Source: Girardia tigrina
Lineage: Eukaryota
Length of the DNA: 62,447 nt
Reading direction: 5' to 3'
Assembly: GCA_001938485.1 (NCBI GenBank)
Contig: MQRK01217748.1
Span: 67,837 to 130,283, forward strand
Made by a program: the position numbers and the translations under genes. Below, piece after piece: positions 25,377-39,314 of the stretch. The notes below the pieces were generated by a model, which was not told the origin of the DNA, ran no database searches, and saw only the letters and a program-made list of their open reading frames with translations. Each line of letters begins with the position of its first letter. The first letter of the stretch is position 1.

Positions 25377-26577
25377 GAATGTAAAAAATGCTAAACAAAT
25401 CGTTCAAGATGAATTAAAATATAATTTATTTTAGTTGGTTTATTATATATCCAATCGTATTTCAACATTTAATTACAGTCTTTCCCGGTCTTAAGAACAC
25501 AGAAATACATGTTAAAATTACAGACAGATTTTCCTCAAATTAATTAAAACGGAAATCCGAAAATATTAAATATTAAAAAAAATATAATCACAATTTTAAA
25601 TTATTATTTAATAAAAAGGTAGTTTTAAAAGAATATTATTTTAATTAACAATATTAAATGATATTTTATATATTTAATTAAAATATAATTTATTTATTAA
25701 TGGTTAATATAATTTTTATCAATTGGAAATTATGAAAGAAAAGTAAAGGTAAAACTAAATAAGTAATCTTAATAATAATCTTAATAAGTAATCTAAATAA
25801 GTAATATTTTAATTAAACTAAAAAATATATTTGAATTATATTTTTCTTACAAATAAGAAAAATAAATCTGTAACTAAATCTGTATTTAAAAAATAGTTTT
25901 TTTTAAATATTATCATATTTACAATTAAAATATAATAAATGAAGAATATATTACATGAACGATAAATAAAAATATTCTTTCACATTTGTGCCTGTTGTAA
26001 GGGTTACCATTGTTGGTTTACTCTCCAATTCGATGTATAATTTTATTGAAATTAATGAAAAATTATGCCAAGATTGTAGAAAAAAATATTTAAAATTTAA
26101 AAAATATAAAAAAACTTAAAATAATTTAGAAAAGAAAATAATAATTTTGCGGTCGATATAATATTTGTATTTACAAAAATCAGCTTAATATTTTGGAATA
26201 TTCTATCATTTGTTTATAAAACGTATGATTATTTTAAAGTTTCGTTAAATTTTTGAATTAAAGATAAACTAGTAAAATTAAAAAATTATATTTTTTATAA
26301 CCATTCTTTATGCACAAAGAACTCTACTTTGCAAACAAAGTTTTAATTAAAAAATGAATAAAAAAACACAATAAAAAATTAATATAAACTACTTATAATT
26401 TAAAAGTAGATATTTTAAATTAATATTGTTCTGGAACTCCGAATGTTCCGTTCTTTTTCCATTTTGGGACCTTAAAAAGTTTTTTGTTGATCAGATTTTC
26501 AAATAATCATTTATTGTGTGCAAAGATTGGAGAAAATTGATTAAAATGTCTTCAAAAATAGTTTCTAAATTCCATTG

Positions 26578-26620
<43 letters not shown>

Positions 26621-26734
26621 TATATATATAATATTATATATATATATAATATTTATAATATTATATANNNNNNNNNNNNNNNNNNNNNNNNNNNNNNNNN
26701 NNNNNNNNNNNNNNNNNTATATATATAATATTTA

Positions 26735-26779
<45 letters not shown>

Positions 26780-28267
26780 TATATATATTATATTTTAATG
26801 AAGTTTAATAACATGATTATTCAAAAGAAAATACAATAGTTATAAACAAGATATATAATTAAATACTAAAATTAATATAAAATATTTGACGATAGCTTAT
26901 GTTTATAATAGTTTTTAAATTAATAAATTAAATGCAATATAAAATTTCAAAAATAATAAATTGATATATTTCTTTATTTACAAGATATATTATTTATTAT
27001 TTATTATTATATTTATTTATTAGATATTATTGGTTTGTGCTAGAAAAATTCAAAATCGTTCCTCACAAGTTTACTTAGGGAAAACTTGTTTAAATAATAT
27101 GTTTATTGTTGTGAGAAAATAAAAGTTTCAAAAAAGTTTGAAATTATTTCAGGAACGTTAAAAGTAAATTTAATTTTTTATTAATTAATTTTATTTGAAA
27201 GAGAACGAAGAAAGAGATCCTGTTAAGGAGAAAAGATCTAACTTAAGCTGTTATCGTACAGGTATCGTTCGGATTGAAATATTGTTTTAGTTGCTCTAAA
27301 AGTTTGTTCTTAGTGTTTACTGCTTTATCTACTTACAAATTTAAGTATATCATGAAGATTGACATTGAGACAAACATTTTAGTTTACATGTATATATTTA
27401 TCATATTACAGAGTAGTAATGCATACTTAAATACTAGAAGACTTATTTAGAACCAAATCTATCAACCAAAATTATTGAATTTAAAAATATTTGAATCTTC
27501 ATTAAAAATAAACACTGTTTGATTGTAAAAATGAGGGGGTGACCAGACCGGCAACAACAGCAGCGAGCCCGGTGGTTATGCTACAGGAAAAGTTTACTAA
27601 GCAAGAGATCCAACATGGAACACAAATTGTCGAATCTAAATTCTGCGAATGAAGCTCTCCAGTAGAAATTAAGATTGTAATGAATAAAATAACCGATTTA
27701 AATCGACAGTTTGAAGAAGAAAAGGCAGCTCACCAACGTGCAATGAAAACAAACAGTAGATACGTGTGAAATCGGTTATCAAATCGCGATGCTAGTGACC
27801 GAAACTGATTCTGAATCGATTTCCGAAATAGAAAAAGTCACAAATATCGAAAATTGGGAACCTTGTTTTAACGAGTCAAAATGATTTTAAAATGTCAAAT
27901 AATTGTTTAGCAAATATTTGAACATTGAGTGAAAACATCGATAATGATAAACGTAAAATTTCAAATGTAATTCAAATAATATAATCAAATTGATAAAATG
28001 TCGTTTTGGAACGACCCTAACTCAATAATTCGTCAATCAATCAAAGGATCGAGCATAAAACATGTTCTATTCAAGTAAACCAAATCCGTCGTCAGAAATA
28101 ATCGCCGATATTAACGAATTCAAAATCTTTGTAATAACGAATCACAAATTTATAAAATTTATTTTTCACTAACAAATACTTTTTAAATAGATATTATTTA
28201 AACAAATAATTATCTATATTTTTTTATGTTAAATATTTCATTTAAGAAATAAATTTAACATGTAACA

Positions 28268-29810
28268 CTTCCCCCAGATTCTTCGTCACAAGAATCTATA
28301 TCTACTACATACTCGTTCAAATAATTCGGTTTTCGTCTTTCTCTTTGGGGTCTGTTGCTGATTCCCGATTCACTTTGCTTAACACTCGGAGCTGATTCGT
28401 TGTTATTTTCCGACATGTAATCCGAGTAAGAGTTTCACGGCAGGTCTGGTTGTCTTGGTCGAATACATTGCTCCAATTGCAACAATCATTCAAGAAAATC
28501 ACTCGCAATATTCCTCAAAAAACATCAACAATAACGACAAATTAATCACTAAATCGAAATTATCAGAACTCATACAGCAAATGGAAATAATGGAACAAAT
28601 CCTCACGAACGAATCTTATATCAAATCGATTGCCACAAAACTTAATCGAATTAAAACACGTCGAAATTATCTCAGTCGAAGAAAAGTCCCCCGAACGAAT
28701 AGAGAAATCGATCGACAGAATCAAATCAACAATCGTTATCGAATAATCAATGAAATTATCAACGAAAATTGCCAACGAGAATCGATCAGAGGCCGCAAAA
28801 CGAATCGACAATCGTTCGTGATTATCGCAAATCGATTTCCATCGAACGAAAATAATCGATAGAATCAATTTGATTAATTCAGTGTTGAAATTGAGATATT
28901 TGCGACAAAATAAATCAAATCCGTATATGATTTTTCTTAAATACCGATATTGGAATCAGTAATGAAATATTTCGACATTGGAAATCTGTATTCGATTTAA
29001 ATTACTAGATTTCGATTCGAATTTTACATTTCAATTACTTTTTTTGTTGAATTAAATGTCTACAGTACTCGATTTGTTCTTCCATGAATCTATCTGTGTG
29101 TGTCGATAAAGTGACTGACCTGCTGTTCGGCTTGTAAAATTTTTTTGATGATGTATTGTGATATTCTTCGTGTACCTGAGTGTGTGTGTCACAGTCTGTC
29201 AAATTGAGAGGATATTATTTTGTTAATTTTTTTTGGAAAATTATTATTCATTATTCGATTGTTTAAATCGAGTATTTATTATAAATTGGCGCGAAATTTT
29301 TGTAAATAATTCGAAAGAAAGTCGTCATGGATTTTTTTTGTTGAAACTAATAAAATTTTGTCGATTTCGGAACTTTCTTTTTAATTCAAACGAAATTGTT
29401 TTTCGAATGGCGATAATTTTTGAGAAACGTAGTTCGGATGGTTATGTGTTTCAGGTGGACATCGAAGATATCGGTTGCAAGTTTCCATCGTCCGGAAAAC
29501 CGAAACATGTGTACGAAAGACTCGGTGAATCGTTCACTAAAATCCGGAAGATATTGTTAAAAAAATTATGTTCGATCGACATTGACAGAGTGTGGTGGAG
29601 TTAATTTTTAGATGGTGGAGAATGAGTGCTTGTTGCAGTTATTTGTAACGGAGGACGGGACTGGAATGGTGAGCCACAGAGATATGACGATCGAGATGAG
29701 CGAGGGTAATGGTAGTGAACTTCGATCCTTTTCTCCCCTGCGTCCCGTAGTTCACCCTCCAACGCCGACGCGCCGCAACCACGAGTCCGCTGCGTCCGTT
29801 CTGTTGCCAA
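28268..29810 (-). mobile_element. Putative non-autonomous LTR-element internal region (PBS-like 5' end, PPT-like 3' end)
   Basis: Minus strand starts TGGCAACAGAACGG (~29808) and ends TCTGGGGGAAGTGTTACA (~28262-28279); 29070-29300 and 29715-29810 are homologous to 59085-59835. LTRs not clearly resolved. Confidence 0.45.
29251..29296 (+). promoter_or_regulatory. TATA-like plus E2F-consensus block, identical in two copies
   Basis: TTATTCGATTGTTTAAATCGAGTATTTATTATAAATTGGCGCGAAA; exact reverse complement at 59648-59693; TTTCGCGC is the canonical E2F site. Confidence 0.45.
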
Positions 29811-30159
29811 CAAACACAAAAACCAAATTTCTATTAAAAAAACAAAGTATTATTGGGTACAATTTAACATAAAAATTGGATTATGTTTTAAAATATTTAA
29901 CACGTGGGATTTATATATTAGAGCTCAAGTTTAACTAAATTGACGTTTGAAAACTCTCAAATTTTTTTTCCAATGGAAGCAGCTGTCAGCAATTGGGCCC
30001 ATAAGAATGAGGCCCCCTATTTTTTAATAATTAATTACCCTAACCCCTTTGATTATAATCAAACGCCAATCAATATTTTTTGCCCTAACGAGGGCGGCTT
30101 TCTTTTCAAATGTAAAGATTGATATTAAATTATTATTGTTAAAGTAAGACGAAATAATA

Positions 30160-30830
30160 ATAAATTATTGGACCAATTGTTTTGATGTCGCTACTAAATT
30201 GTCGTGTAATTTTGATCAATTTGCCGATATCGCTGGATCGAATGAACTGTTGACCAGTTCCAATGCGGGTTCGGGTGTCGCCAGTTCGTCGAATTTGCTT
30301 GTCAATCAGTGCTAGACCGGAGATCCGGTTTTGCAGCTAGTTGGAGGTGTCCATTGGGAGTGTGCGGAGATCGAGCCTGATTTTGTGATCGGACGTGGTT
30401 ATGCGCGCTGTTTCTCAGCTTGAAGTACCATAACATCTAGTCGAATTGTATATACAATCGAGTCAGTGAAATGAAGCCTCTGTATGATTTGCGCGTGATG
30501 TTGATATTGGTTTATTCAGATGGAAAGAAAAATCAATTTCTAATATTTGTGTTCAACTCCGATTTAATTTGGCAGTGCGATTTCTGCGCGACGCGGTGGC
30601 GATCTTGGCGCTACCCGAGCGCTGGGAACGGAGTCCAAAAATTGAATTAACTAAAGATGAGCTCTTTATCGATCCCAATGCCGTTGAATTCGATGTAGCG
30701 ATCAATTGGAGATTCAGTCACAATATTATGATGATTCAAAGGGCCCAGCATAATCAAAATAAACCATTGTGTAACCCTGTGGCCTCCAACCAATTCTCGG
30801 GGCAACCTGAGGGTCGGGCGGAACAACTAA
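30160..30830 (+). mobile_element. CpG-rich segment ending in a Helitron-like 3' terminus
   Basis: Hairpin at 30785-30822 (GCAA loop) followed by ACAA-CTAA then T (CTRR|T); last ~90 bp shared with 10065-10154. Confidence 0.5.
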
Positions 30831-30959
30831 TAATGAACAAATTTAGTAAAACGATGCTTCTTTTTATTCGACAATCGATAGTATATAAACTTTTAAGAAA
30901 AAAAACAATAATTGCTAATTAGAATAATAAATAGTCAGACACAGAATGTTATTCAATGA

Positions 30960-31651
30960 AAAAATGTCATATGTAAATGTCATCAGCACAAAATTTCTCT
31001 AAAAAAGTAGAAATTTTCATAGTTTTCTACCGTTCGGCACTTTCGTTGTCGGCCCTGCTCTTTTCATCGTGTTCTTTTTTAAATTTAATATTGTTCCTTG
31101 CTTTCCAACGCGATAACCAACCTTCAGTTGCTTTAACATTGTTGCTTTCCAGTTTTTTAACCAATACTTCTGCTTCGCTTTTAACATTGGGCCATTGATA
31201 TTCATGCCTCTGCCACTAACAATTGAAAAATATTTATCTAATGCTTCTTCAACATCTGGATCCTTTCTCTCACGTTTTCTTTTAGATTTTTCTGGTTGTC
31301 CTTCTTGTAAAAATATTTCCTCATGAAGTTGATTCTCTTGTTGTAAGACACACGATATCGTAGATTTGGGTACACCAGTGATCTCAGCAAGACGACGATA
31401 ACTTGTTTTAGGTGGCTGATTTTTTATTTTATTCAACTACACAATTTTATTAGAAACTGTCAAATCATTTCTTGGCATTTTGGCAATGGTTAATTTTTTT
31501 TAAATAAGTAAACAAAATAAGGTTTAAATTTACTTTTCCAATTAAGCGAAATATTGTCCCAATTAAACAAACAATTTCATTGTTTATTTTTGTTTCGGTT
31601 TTTTGAGATTTGTCCCAAATAAGTGGTGTCCCAATTAAGCGGAATCGACTG
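30960..31651 (-). mobile_element. Pogo/Tigger transposon 5' portion (CENP-B-type HTH)
   Basis: TA-CAGTCGATTCCGCTTAATTGGG TIR at the right end; SYRRLAEITGVPKSTIS...KRKR...DVEEAL...INGPMLKAK. Confidence 0.88.
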
Positions 31652-32014
31652 TATATATAAAAATAAATTATAACCATTAAATCGATATTATTTCTTTATT
31701 TAACGTAAGATAAGATTAATTCATTAACATATTAAAACAATACATAATTCATATATTTATACAAATTCTTTTATATAAAATTTTCTGTCCAACAGAAAAC
31801 TTCTCTTTCATCAAATAACATATAAAATAATTTTCTTTCAAATTAAATAATAAAATAATTTGAAAGAGTTTTCTTTATAATAATAATTACTTTTCTTTCT
31901 TTTTTTAATGTATGTATGCATATATATATATATATATAATGCATTTAAATTGGAATTAAAAATTCCAATTTCAAATTTTCTTTTATTTATTTTTAATTTA
32001 AATAATTTTTGATC

Positions 32015-32450
32015 TGGAACATTCTACTCCCTTTGTTTCGACGAAGGCGAGCAACCCCTCTGTTTCAATCTATCTGAATTCAACAGCATTTACTTGCAGA
32101 TGACACTTCTCTTGATTCTCTTTTTTCAAAATTTCTATTTTGGAGGAAGTCTTTGTTTTCGCTTTGTACTCAAATTTTTTATCCTTTTATTTTCCAAATT
32201 ACAAACATTAAAGTCTCGGACAACAAATCGATTATATACACATTCAAGTGTTGGATCCTTCTCTTCCTTTTAGTACCATCAAAACACTGTTCAAGATTAC
32301 GACGTAATTATTTATATTTAGCTGTAATTTCTTCGATTTTTGATCTAGAACAACCTCTGAGTCAACTTTTTATTTGGTTCATTTATCGACTCATAATACA
32401 TAAAACTATTTAAATTTTCGATAGGTTAATGGTCAAACTCCAGAAATGGG
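32015..32450 (-). mobile_element. Possible LTR-retrotransposon 3' internal remnant
   Basis: Minus-strand purine tract AAAGGGAGTAGAA followed by TG; no intact ORF. Confidence 0.3.
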
Positions 32451-33339
32451 CACAGTTTTTTATCAGTTATTAAAAACTGTTTTACTGTAGTTTACAAAAA
32501 AATCCACAGAAAAAGACCAAGAAAAAATTAGGTCGATCTTGGTGGACTCTGTGATTTCATATGCAGAATTGATACTGAATTGAAGCATGGTTTTTAAAAA
32601 AGCATTTTTTTATTTTTTAGGTGTATATCATACAATAATGTTAGACAAATAGCAGGACGAATTTGTAAAACTTTTAATCAATTTTCACTTTTAAAAAATT
32701 ATTAATAATTTGAAATTTTGAATTAGAAATGAATTAAGAAAGATTTATATTAAAAAGTTAATTCTTTTCATGAAATTTGAGAATGGTTTTAGAAAGAAAA
32801 CGTGAAACTTTGTTAAAATGTCTACTTTTTAAAAAATAACAAAAAAACAGACTTATTTTAGAAAGTCATTCATGGAAAATATTCTCCGGCAAAATTTTTA
32901 TTACAGATTATGAATTAATGAGTTTTCAAAGAATAAGGAAACTTCATTATAATAAATTAGTGATACGGAAAAAATAATAGTGTTATCTTCGAATTAAGGG
33001 AGTTTGCCCCAAAAAGAACAGAAAAGGTTCTTGAAATTCCAAATAGTGTATTGTTTCAGATCGTCAAAAATAATTTTTGTTTTCTAGAAATTTTAAAAAT
33101 GTTTAATTTTTATCCTATATTGTAATTTAAACTTAAGCCCTTTTAGTCTCTGATTTTTTTTCGCAATAAAAAGCCGTTTAGGTAGAATATGGGTCATAAT
33201 GTATTACTAAGTAACATAAAAATATCAAAGAAATTGATAATTTTTAGAAATTTGAAAGAAAAATAGACAATTTGTATGACAAATTACAAAAAAGTATATA
33301 AAAATATTAATTCAGATGAAGCTTTTTTGTTGATGCAAC

Positions 33340-33780
33340 TATTCTCGTAAATTTTCAATTGTATGGAATGTTTCGAAGCATTCTGTCATACAAAGTACTT
33401 TATCGCATCGTTTGCAGTATTATGAACTTATCACATATTTATTCTTTTCTCGAATAATATAGATATAATATCGTTTCCTCTGTAAACTTCCATCTGATTT
33501 TGGAATTAATCCTGAAAAATTTCGTTTCCCTCAGTCTTGAGTTTGTATCTACCCTTGATGACCCTGCTTCTTCTATATGATACCTGTCAAAACTTTCTTT
33601 CTAAATTATCTTGAAATCTAATAACGACAATTTTTGCTTTCTTTTGTGCTTCTTCATAATGTAGCAGTTATATACCGACATATCCATCAGATGTAAAATA
33701 TTTTTTTCGACTAATTTTCAGTTTTTCTTATACTCTTTGTGAAAGACATATCTACCTGATCCCCCCAGTCATGCGGTTTT
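33340..33780 (-). pseudogene. piggyBac transposase C-terminal fragment
   Basis: Minus strand reads SIRKT...KIFLHLMDMSVYNCYI and the cysteine-rich tail YCKRCDKVLCMTECFETFHT. Confidence 0.75.
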
Positions 33781-35139
33781 TACAGTATTTAATTTATTCT
33801 TTACTAATAATTATTCAAAATAATTTCTTAAAATAAAAATTAAAAATAGAAATCAGCCATAAGCCATCATTCTAAAATCAATATACATATGCAAAACACA
33901 AAATCTATAACACTAAAAATAATTATTTATTTCAATGTTTAAATTAGATGCTAAATTATACAATCTCTGAATTAATCCATTTCACATCTTTGTAATAAAT
34001 AATATTACCTACAGAGGTTAAATTCCATAATATTTAACATTTTTGGAAATGAAAGAGAAACTCTTAATGAGAGAATATCAATGATGGATTAAAAGGCAAT
34101 TATTTAAATATTATCATACGAATGACTTTTAATTATATTTCAAATGAACATAATTTATTGTTAACTAATAAAATTAAAAATCCTAATGTATTTTATACGT
34201 ATTAAATTTAAAAGAAGTTAAATTAAAAAACTAAGAATATCAAATGAATTCCTCATGCAATTCATATCAGTCTCCCCCGATTGCACGGATAGCTGAGTAT
34301 CGTAGAGACTACAGTACTAGCATTGACGTACATGGTAGTGAGCCATAGACTCTGTATCGGGTAGAAACTATAAATATACATGTAGTGCTTCTGTAGAGTT
34401 AATTAAAAAACACCATTCCATCAATTTTATTAACCAAAAAACAATTAATTAAAATTGTCTTGTTTTAATAAACCTATTTTGATGTAAATTATTTTAATCT
34501 ATGTTTACTGTGTATTTCTACGATTTAATGGAATAAAACTTCATATGAATCTATATCGATTTTTTTATTTATCTCATTTTTTCTATCTGTCTCTTGTGAC
34601 TATCAATGAATTTTGATGACAACGCTTTAGAGCCGTCCGGACCACTACACAATACAGAGCCCATTGACTTTCTCGCACGACTTTAGATGCAAGAATCCGA
34701 GCTTTCAGTGCACAGGTACGCTTGAGTTTCCCAGTTAGAAAGGACCAATCATGATTTTTCGTACCGTGATTCTGTACACACATTTCTTACAATCAGTAAA
34801 GGGACACTGAAATATCGCCACATCAGTTGTATTACTTAATGGAAAGTCGAGAAACACCTTGCATAATTCTCATGAAATCAATTTATATTCATTAATAGCA
34901 TGCTTATATTAATTAATAATTATATTGACTTTCGTTTGAATGTTTAAATCAATTGGAACTCGTATTATCGTCATTTCTTTTAAACTCACTTAAAAAAGTA
35001 TCCTACTAAAATTTGAAAAATAAAATTTTGAAAGGAAATACATTAAAAAGTTAAATTAAAATACTCAAATGAAACTCAAGTTATTTTTTCACGAAAGCTA
35101 ATACGAAACCTAATTAACGTAATACATTTACACAAATTA

Positions 35140-36056
35140 CGAGGGCGTTCCGAAAGTAAGTGGAAAAAATGGAGACGACACCACAAGAAAGCATTTATTG
35201 AAGGAATACAATGTCATCATCCTCATCACCTTCTGGAGATAATCGATTAACACTATGCCTTTACAGTCCCAATAGACTGTAATCATGACCTTCCCGGCAA
35301 ATAGAACTGTCTTTGCCTTCAATGGTGGTTTCTCTCCAGTTTTGCACCACTGTTTCGATTGCTCCTTGGTCTCTGGTAAGTAGAAAGGAAGCCAAGTCTC
35401 ATCCACAGTGATGATTCGCTTCCAGAACGATTCACCAAGGTCCTCGCACATTTTCAGGAACTGGCTGCATATTGTAACGCGATTTCCTTTTTGCTCCACA
35501 TTGAGAAGTCTTGGCACCCATTTGACTGTCAGCTTCATCATATTCAGGTGCTGCGTAACAACTGCATGTACACATGTTACAGATAGGCCTGTTATCTCCG
35601 CCAACTCGCTAATGGTAAGGCCGCGATATACATTGATGGTCTCCGACACTTTTTCCACATTTTCTATCGTGCTCGTCGTTGCTGGACGTCCACTCCTGTC
35701 CTCGTCGTCCAAGGATTCACGTCCATTTTCGAATTGATGCACCCAATTGTAGACGGCAGAATTTTGCAGGGCTCTTCCTTGAAACATATTTGATAAGCGG
35801 CGCACAATGTCAGACACTGGAGTATCCTCTTTCCAAATGAAAAAGATGATGGAAAAAAATGAAAAAAAATGAAAACACTGCCTATGACAGTTTCCTCTAT
35901 GCTGCTCACATGTTGCATGGACCAATGCCACTTTTGCTCGATTTCTATTGGCTAGTAAGTACATCACGCCACCACGCCATATGTCCCTCTGTAAGATGCA
36001 CACACACGCGCACACCCGCATATAAGTATTTCCACTTACTTTAGGAACGCCTCTCG
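35140..36056 (-). mobile_element. Internally deleted mariner (irritans-like), TA target duplication
   Basis: TA-CGAGGGCGTTCCGAAAGTAAGTGGAAA / TTTCCACTTACTTTAGGAACGCCTCTCG-TA; DEDRSGRP, WVPRLL, TVDETW, KVMITVYWD, then deletion before the second catalytic D. Confidence 0.93.
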
Positions 36057-36363
36057 TATATATTTTAATAATTTTAATTACTATTTTAAAAATATTTTAA
36101 CAGGAATAATAAGAAATAATAATAAAAACAATAATCCTCGAAATATAGTTTTAAAATATTCACATTCTTTTTACAGTGATTTTATTAGCTCACTTCCTCT
36201 GTGTATATGTGTGTCACAAATTTGTTAAACAAATTTTCAACCGCGTCCTGATTTGATTGAGCTGTATTTTGACGAAATGTGTATTCCAGTTATCAATACA
36301 TGAATCAATTTAAAATACTACAATCTGAATTTTAATAAGTTTGTTTTTACAAAAATAGATTAA

Positions 36364-36586
36364 CCCTTTCCTGGCTGAATTAAAAATCCTTAAATCACTT
36401 TCTGCAACTTTCAAATGATAAAAATAAAAGGACGGTTGACAAAATACGTGTTAAAATATTTTTTCTTTAAAAGAAAAATCTTCCTTATTCATCAGGATAA
36501 AAATTTTATTCATATTTTTTCCATAGATGCCTATAAAATATTAAAATGAAACATGATTCCATATGACATCAATAGTCAGGAAAGGG
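36364..36586 (+). mobile_element. piggyBac-type MITE, TTAA target duplication (copy 1)
   Basis: TTAA-CCCTTTCCTGGCT...AGTCAGGAAAGGG-TTAA; second copy at 55681-55913. Confidence 0.88.
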
Positions 36587-38149
36587 TTAAATAGAAAAAT
36601 TAATTTCAATTGGTATTCTTTTATATATGTCAAAACTTTATGAATTTTCGGTATTTTTTATAATGAATTTTTATATTTCATATTAATTATAGTTTATTAG
36701 ATGAGGAATTTGTCATGAGGAATTTTCAAAAATAATTTTCGATTTTTTTGAAATAGAGGTATTCCATTCATTTCTATAATATTTTCGTCTTAAAAAAGGT
36801 TTTGAACATTTACGGTGCGACAATGGCAATTATAAAAACAGAATTTGCAAATAAGTAATTGATGGAAGATTCAAATTAATGAATCAATTAATTATAAACA
36901 TTTGTGTGTATTGAAATAATAATAAAAATTTTTAAAAGGTTAATTGAGTTTTGGTTTTTGCATTGAATTCGAAATCGAAAATTTGAAAACAATAATTGAA
37001 AATGGCTAACTAATTGATGCCAAATTATTCGGTCACATATTTTCGAATCAGACCGAATAGTTCGAGATATCACCGTAAAACCCTAATTGTATCACACCGA
37101 AACACAAAAAATACTTATCTTAACTGGTTGGTTATTTTGTCACTCCAATTGGCTCAATCAAACAACTTGTTCGAGTCGTAGATCCGAAATCTTGATTCTG
37201 AATTTATTAAATTGTTGAAAATTGCGAATTCGTTAATTGATTTATGAAGGATTTTTATTTGCAATTGTTAAAAATGTTTTGATTTACTAGTTTTGCATTT
37301 TGCTTCATTATTGGGTTTTATAACATTAAATTTAAAATTATCATTTTCTGAGGAAGTTAAAATTTTGAAAATGCTAATAAAATAGGGAACACGAACTGAT
37401 ATTAAAGATAAAATTATAATTATAATTATTTTTTCTATGAAATATGAAGTTTTAAGAATCGGTCAGGTTTCATGTGGCTAGAAATGGGTTGATAATAAAC
37501 ATTAGATATAATTTTATTTGTAAAAATGAGAATTTTAATGCGATGTAATTGCTTGATGATTTGAAAACCAGGTAAGCGTTCTCTTTGTCGAAAAACATTT
37601 TGACGAAATTTAATTTATCAAATATCATTGTTGATTAAAATTAATATGAAAAATAACATGAAAAGAAATATGAAAATAATTATGTTAAAAGGATGAATTT
37701 TTTTTATTAAAATTTGTTTTGTCAAAATCTTAATATAAATTTTTAAATTGACCATTATAATTCTTTAGATATACAAAAGGATGATTAATAGAGAGCTCAT
37801 CGAATTTATTGGTGAAGTAAAAGCAAGGGTATGTTTATTAAAAAGACAAATCTTTTGGAGAAAATGATTATTGTAAATGTATAATCCGTTAATGCAATGC
37901 CCGTCTTCATTCAAGAGGAGACTTCATAGTTAAAATAATTTAATAACTCCAAATAGCAGCAGTAATAAACTCTCGTCAAGATAAATTACAGTGTTTAAAT
38001 TAGATATGCCTAACGGATTATCGATGTTTTTTTTAATATATATATATATATATACAGGGCCGCCGCGTTGGTAAGAGGTGCCTTTGTGCCAGATTATTTT
38101 CAGCGCCCTTCCCTGAACCCCCATGTCAAAAACTATCTTCACATCACAT

Positions 38150-39270
38150 CTGAAGATTCACCACGATTAATTATTGTAGAAACATTTGTAGATATATCTT
38201 CATAATATATTCCTTCTCTTTTAACTAGACCATATTATACTCAAATGATTTGTCGAAACAGAAGGCATATCAAGAACTAAAACGATGATGGGCCTCAAAA
38301 CACATCAGTGCTTCCTAACCGTTATCAACAAACAGTTAATGGACATCGTTTTTTATTATTTGAAAATGATGATTTATTAATTTTTTCAAATGACAGAGTT
38401 TTTTCGATTCTTGCGGCATCTTCTCATATTTGTGGTGATGGTAATTTTAGTGTCCCACCTACTGGCTATTCACAATTATATACACTACATTTACTCATTA
38501 CTAGAGGTGGGCAAGTTTAGCGTTTAAACGACCGTTTAAACGTTTTCATTTTTTAGTACGTTTAAACGTTTAGCGATTTCTAAACGAGAGTATAATTATT
38601 AAGTTTGTATTTCAAAACTCACAACATGAGTTGTACTTTTTTTGAAACTTTAATCAGGCTGCCTTAGGCCTAATCATTTGTAAAGAACACATTGTCCCAA
38701 TCTATTTAGCTTTTTCGTGGGACTAAAAATGCAATATATGAAATTGTGTGAGGTACTTTTACAATTTACTCATGCTTGTTTCTGTTAAATCAAACTCATT
38801 TTTGTATCAGGCACATTTGACTTGACACAGCTGTAACTTTATTTTCGGCTAGTTCTGAAAATTTAAAATAGTCTTTACCTGAGTGAATTTATAAATCTTT
38901 TTTCTTGGATACACTTTCTCTAATGCAATATGTTTATAATGAATTTTAGTGATTTTTTTTAAACATCTTACCATCAAGTATTTTTAATATGTTAAATAAA
39001 CATTATTACTGAGTATATTATAAATAGTAATTGAAAAAATAGTTATATCCATTTTTATACGGACAGTACTGTACTTGGCCAACAGATTTTTTTTATCTTT
39101 TGTAAAACGGAAAATTACTATTACATTTTTTTAATAAATTTATTATGTTATTAGAAACTATTTCAATATTGATTTTGAAAGGGGTGCGATTGCAGCTCTA
39201 TCTAATAATGTCCCAATCAATATTCAAACATGGTTGTTTTTTCACCTTTCTCAAAGCTGTTTCAAATTGC
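38150..39270 (+). pseudogene. MULE/Mutator transposase remnant, interrupted
   Basis: TVNGHRFLLFENDDLLIF...CGDGNFSVPPTGYSQLYTLH (38308-38500), and later IDFERGAIAAL and FFHLSQ (~39165-39260). Confidence 0.75.
38502..38590 (+). mobile_element. hAT-type terminus inserted in the MULE remnant
   Basis: TAGAGGTGGGC followed by repeated CGTTTAAACG subterminal motifs. Confidence 0.5.
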
Positions 39271-39314
39271 AATGTTTATAATTGTGATTTTTACATAAAA
39301 TATTGATTCTTTTA

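Noticed and set aside
28455-28862. 135-aa N/I/R-rich ORF
   Set aside because: Arises from low-complexity AATCG-rich sequence; no recognisable domain.
30740-30826. HDV-like ribozyme resemblance (GCCTCC, GGGCAAC, GGCGGA)
   Set aside because: No P1/P3 nested pseudoknot pairing found; a simple hairpin explains the conservation.
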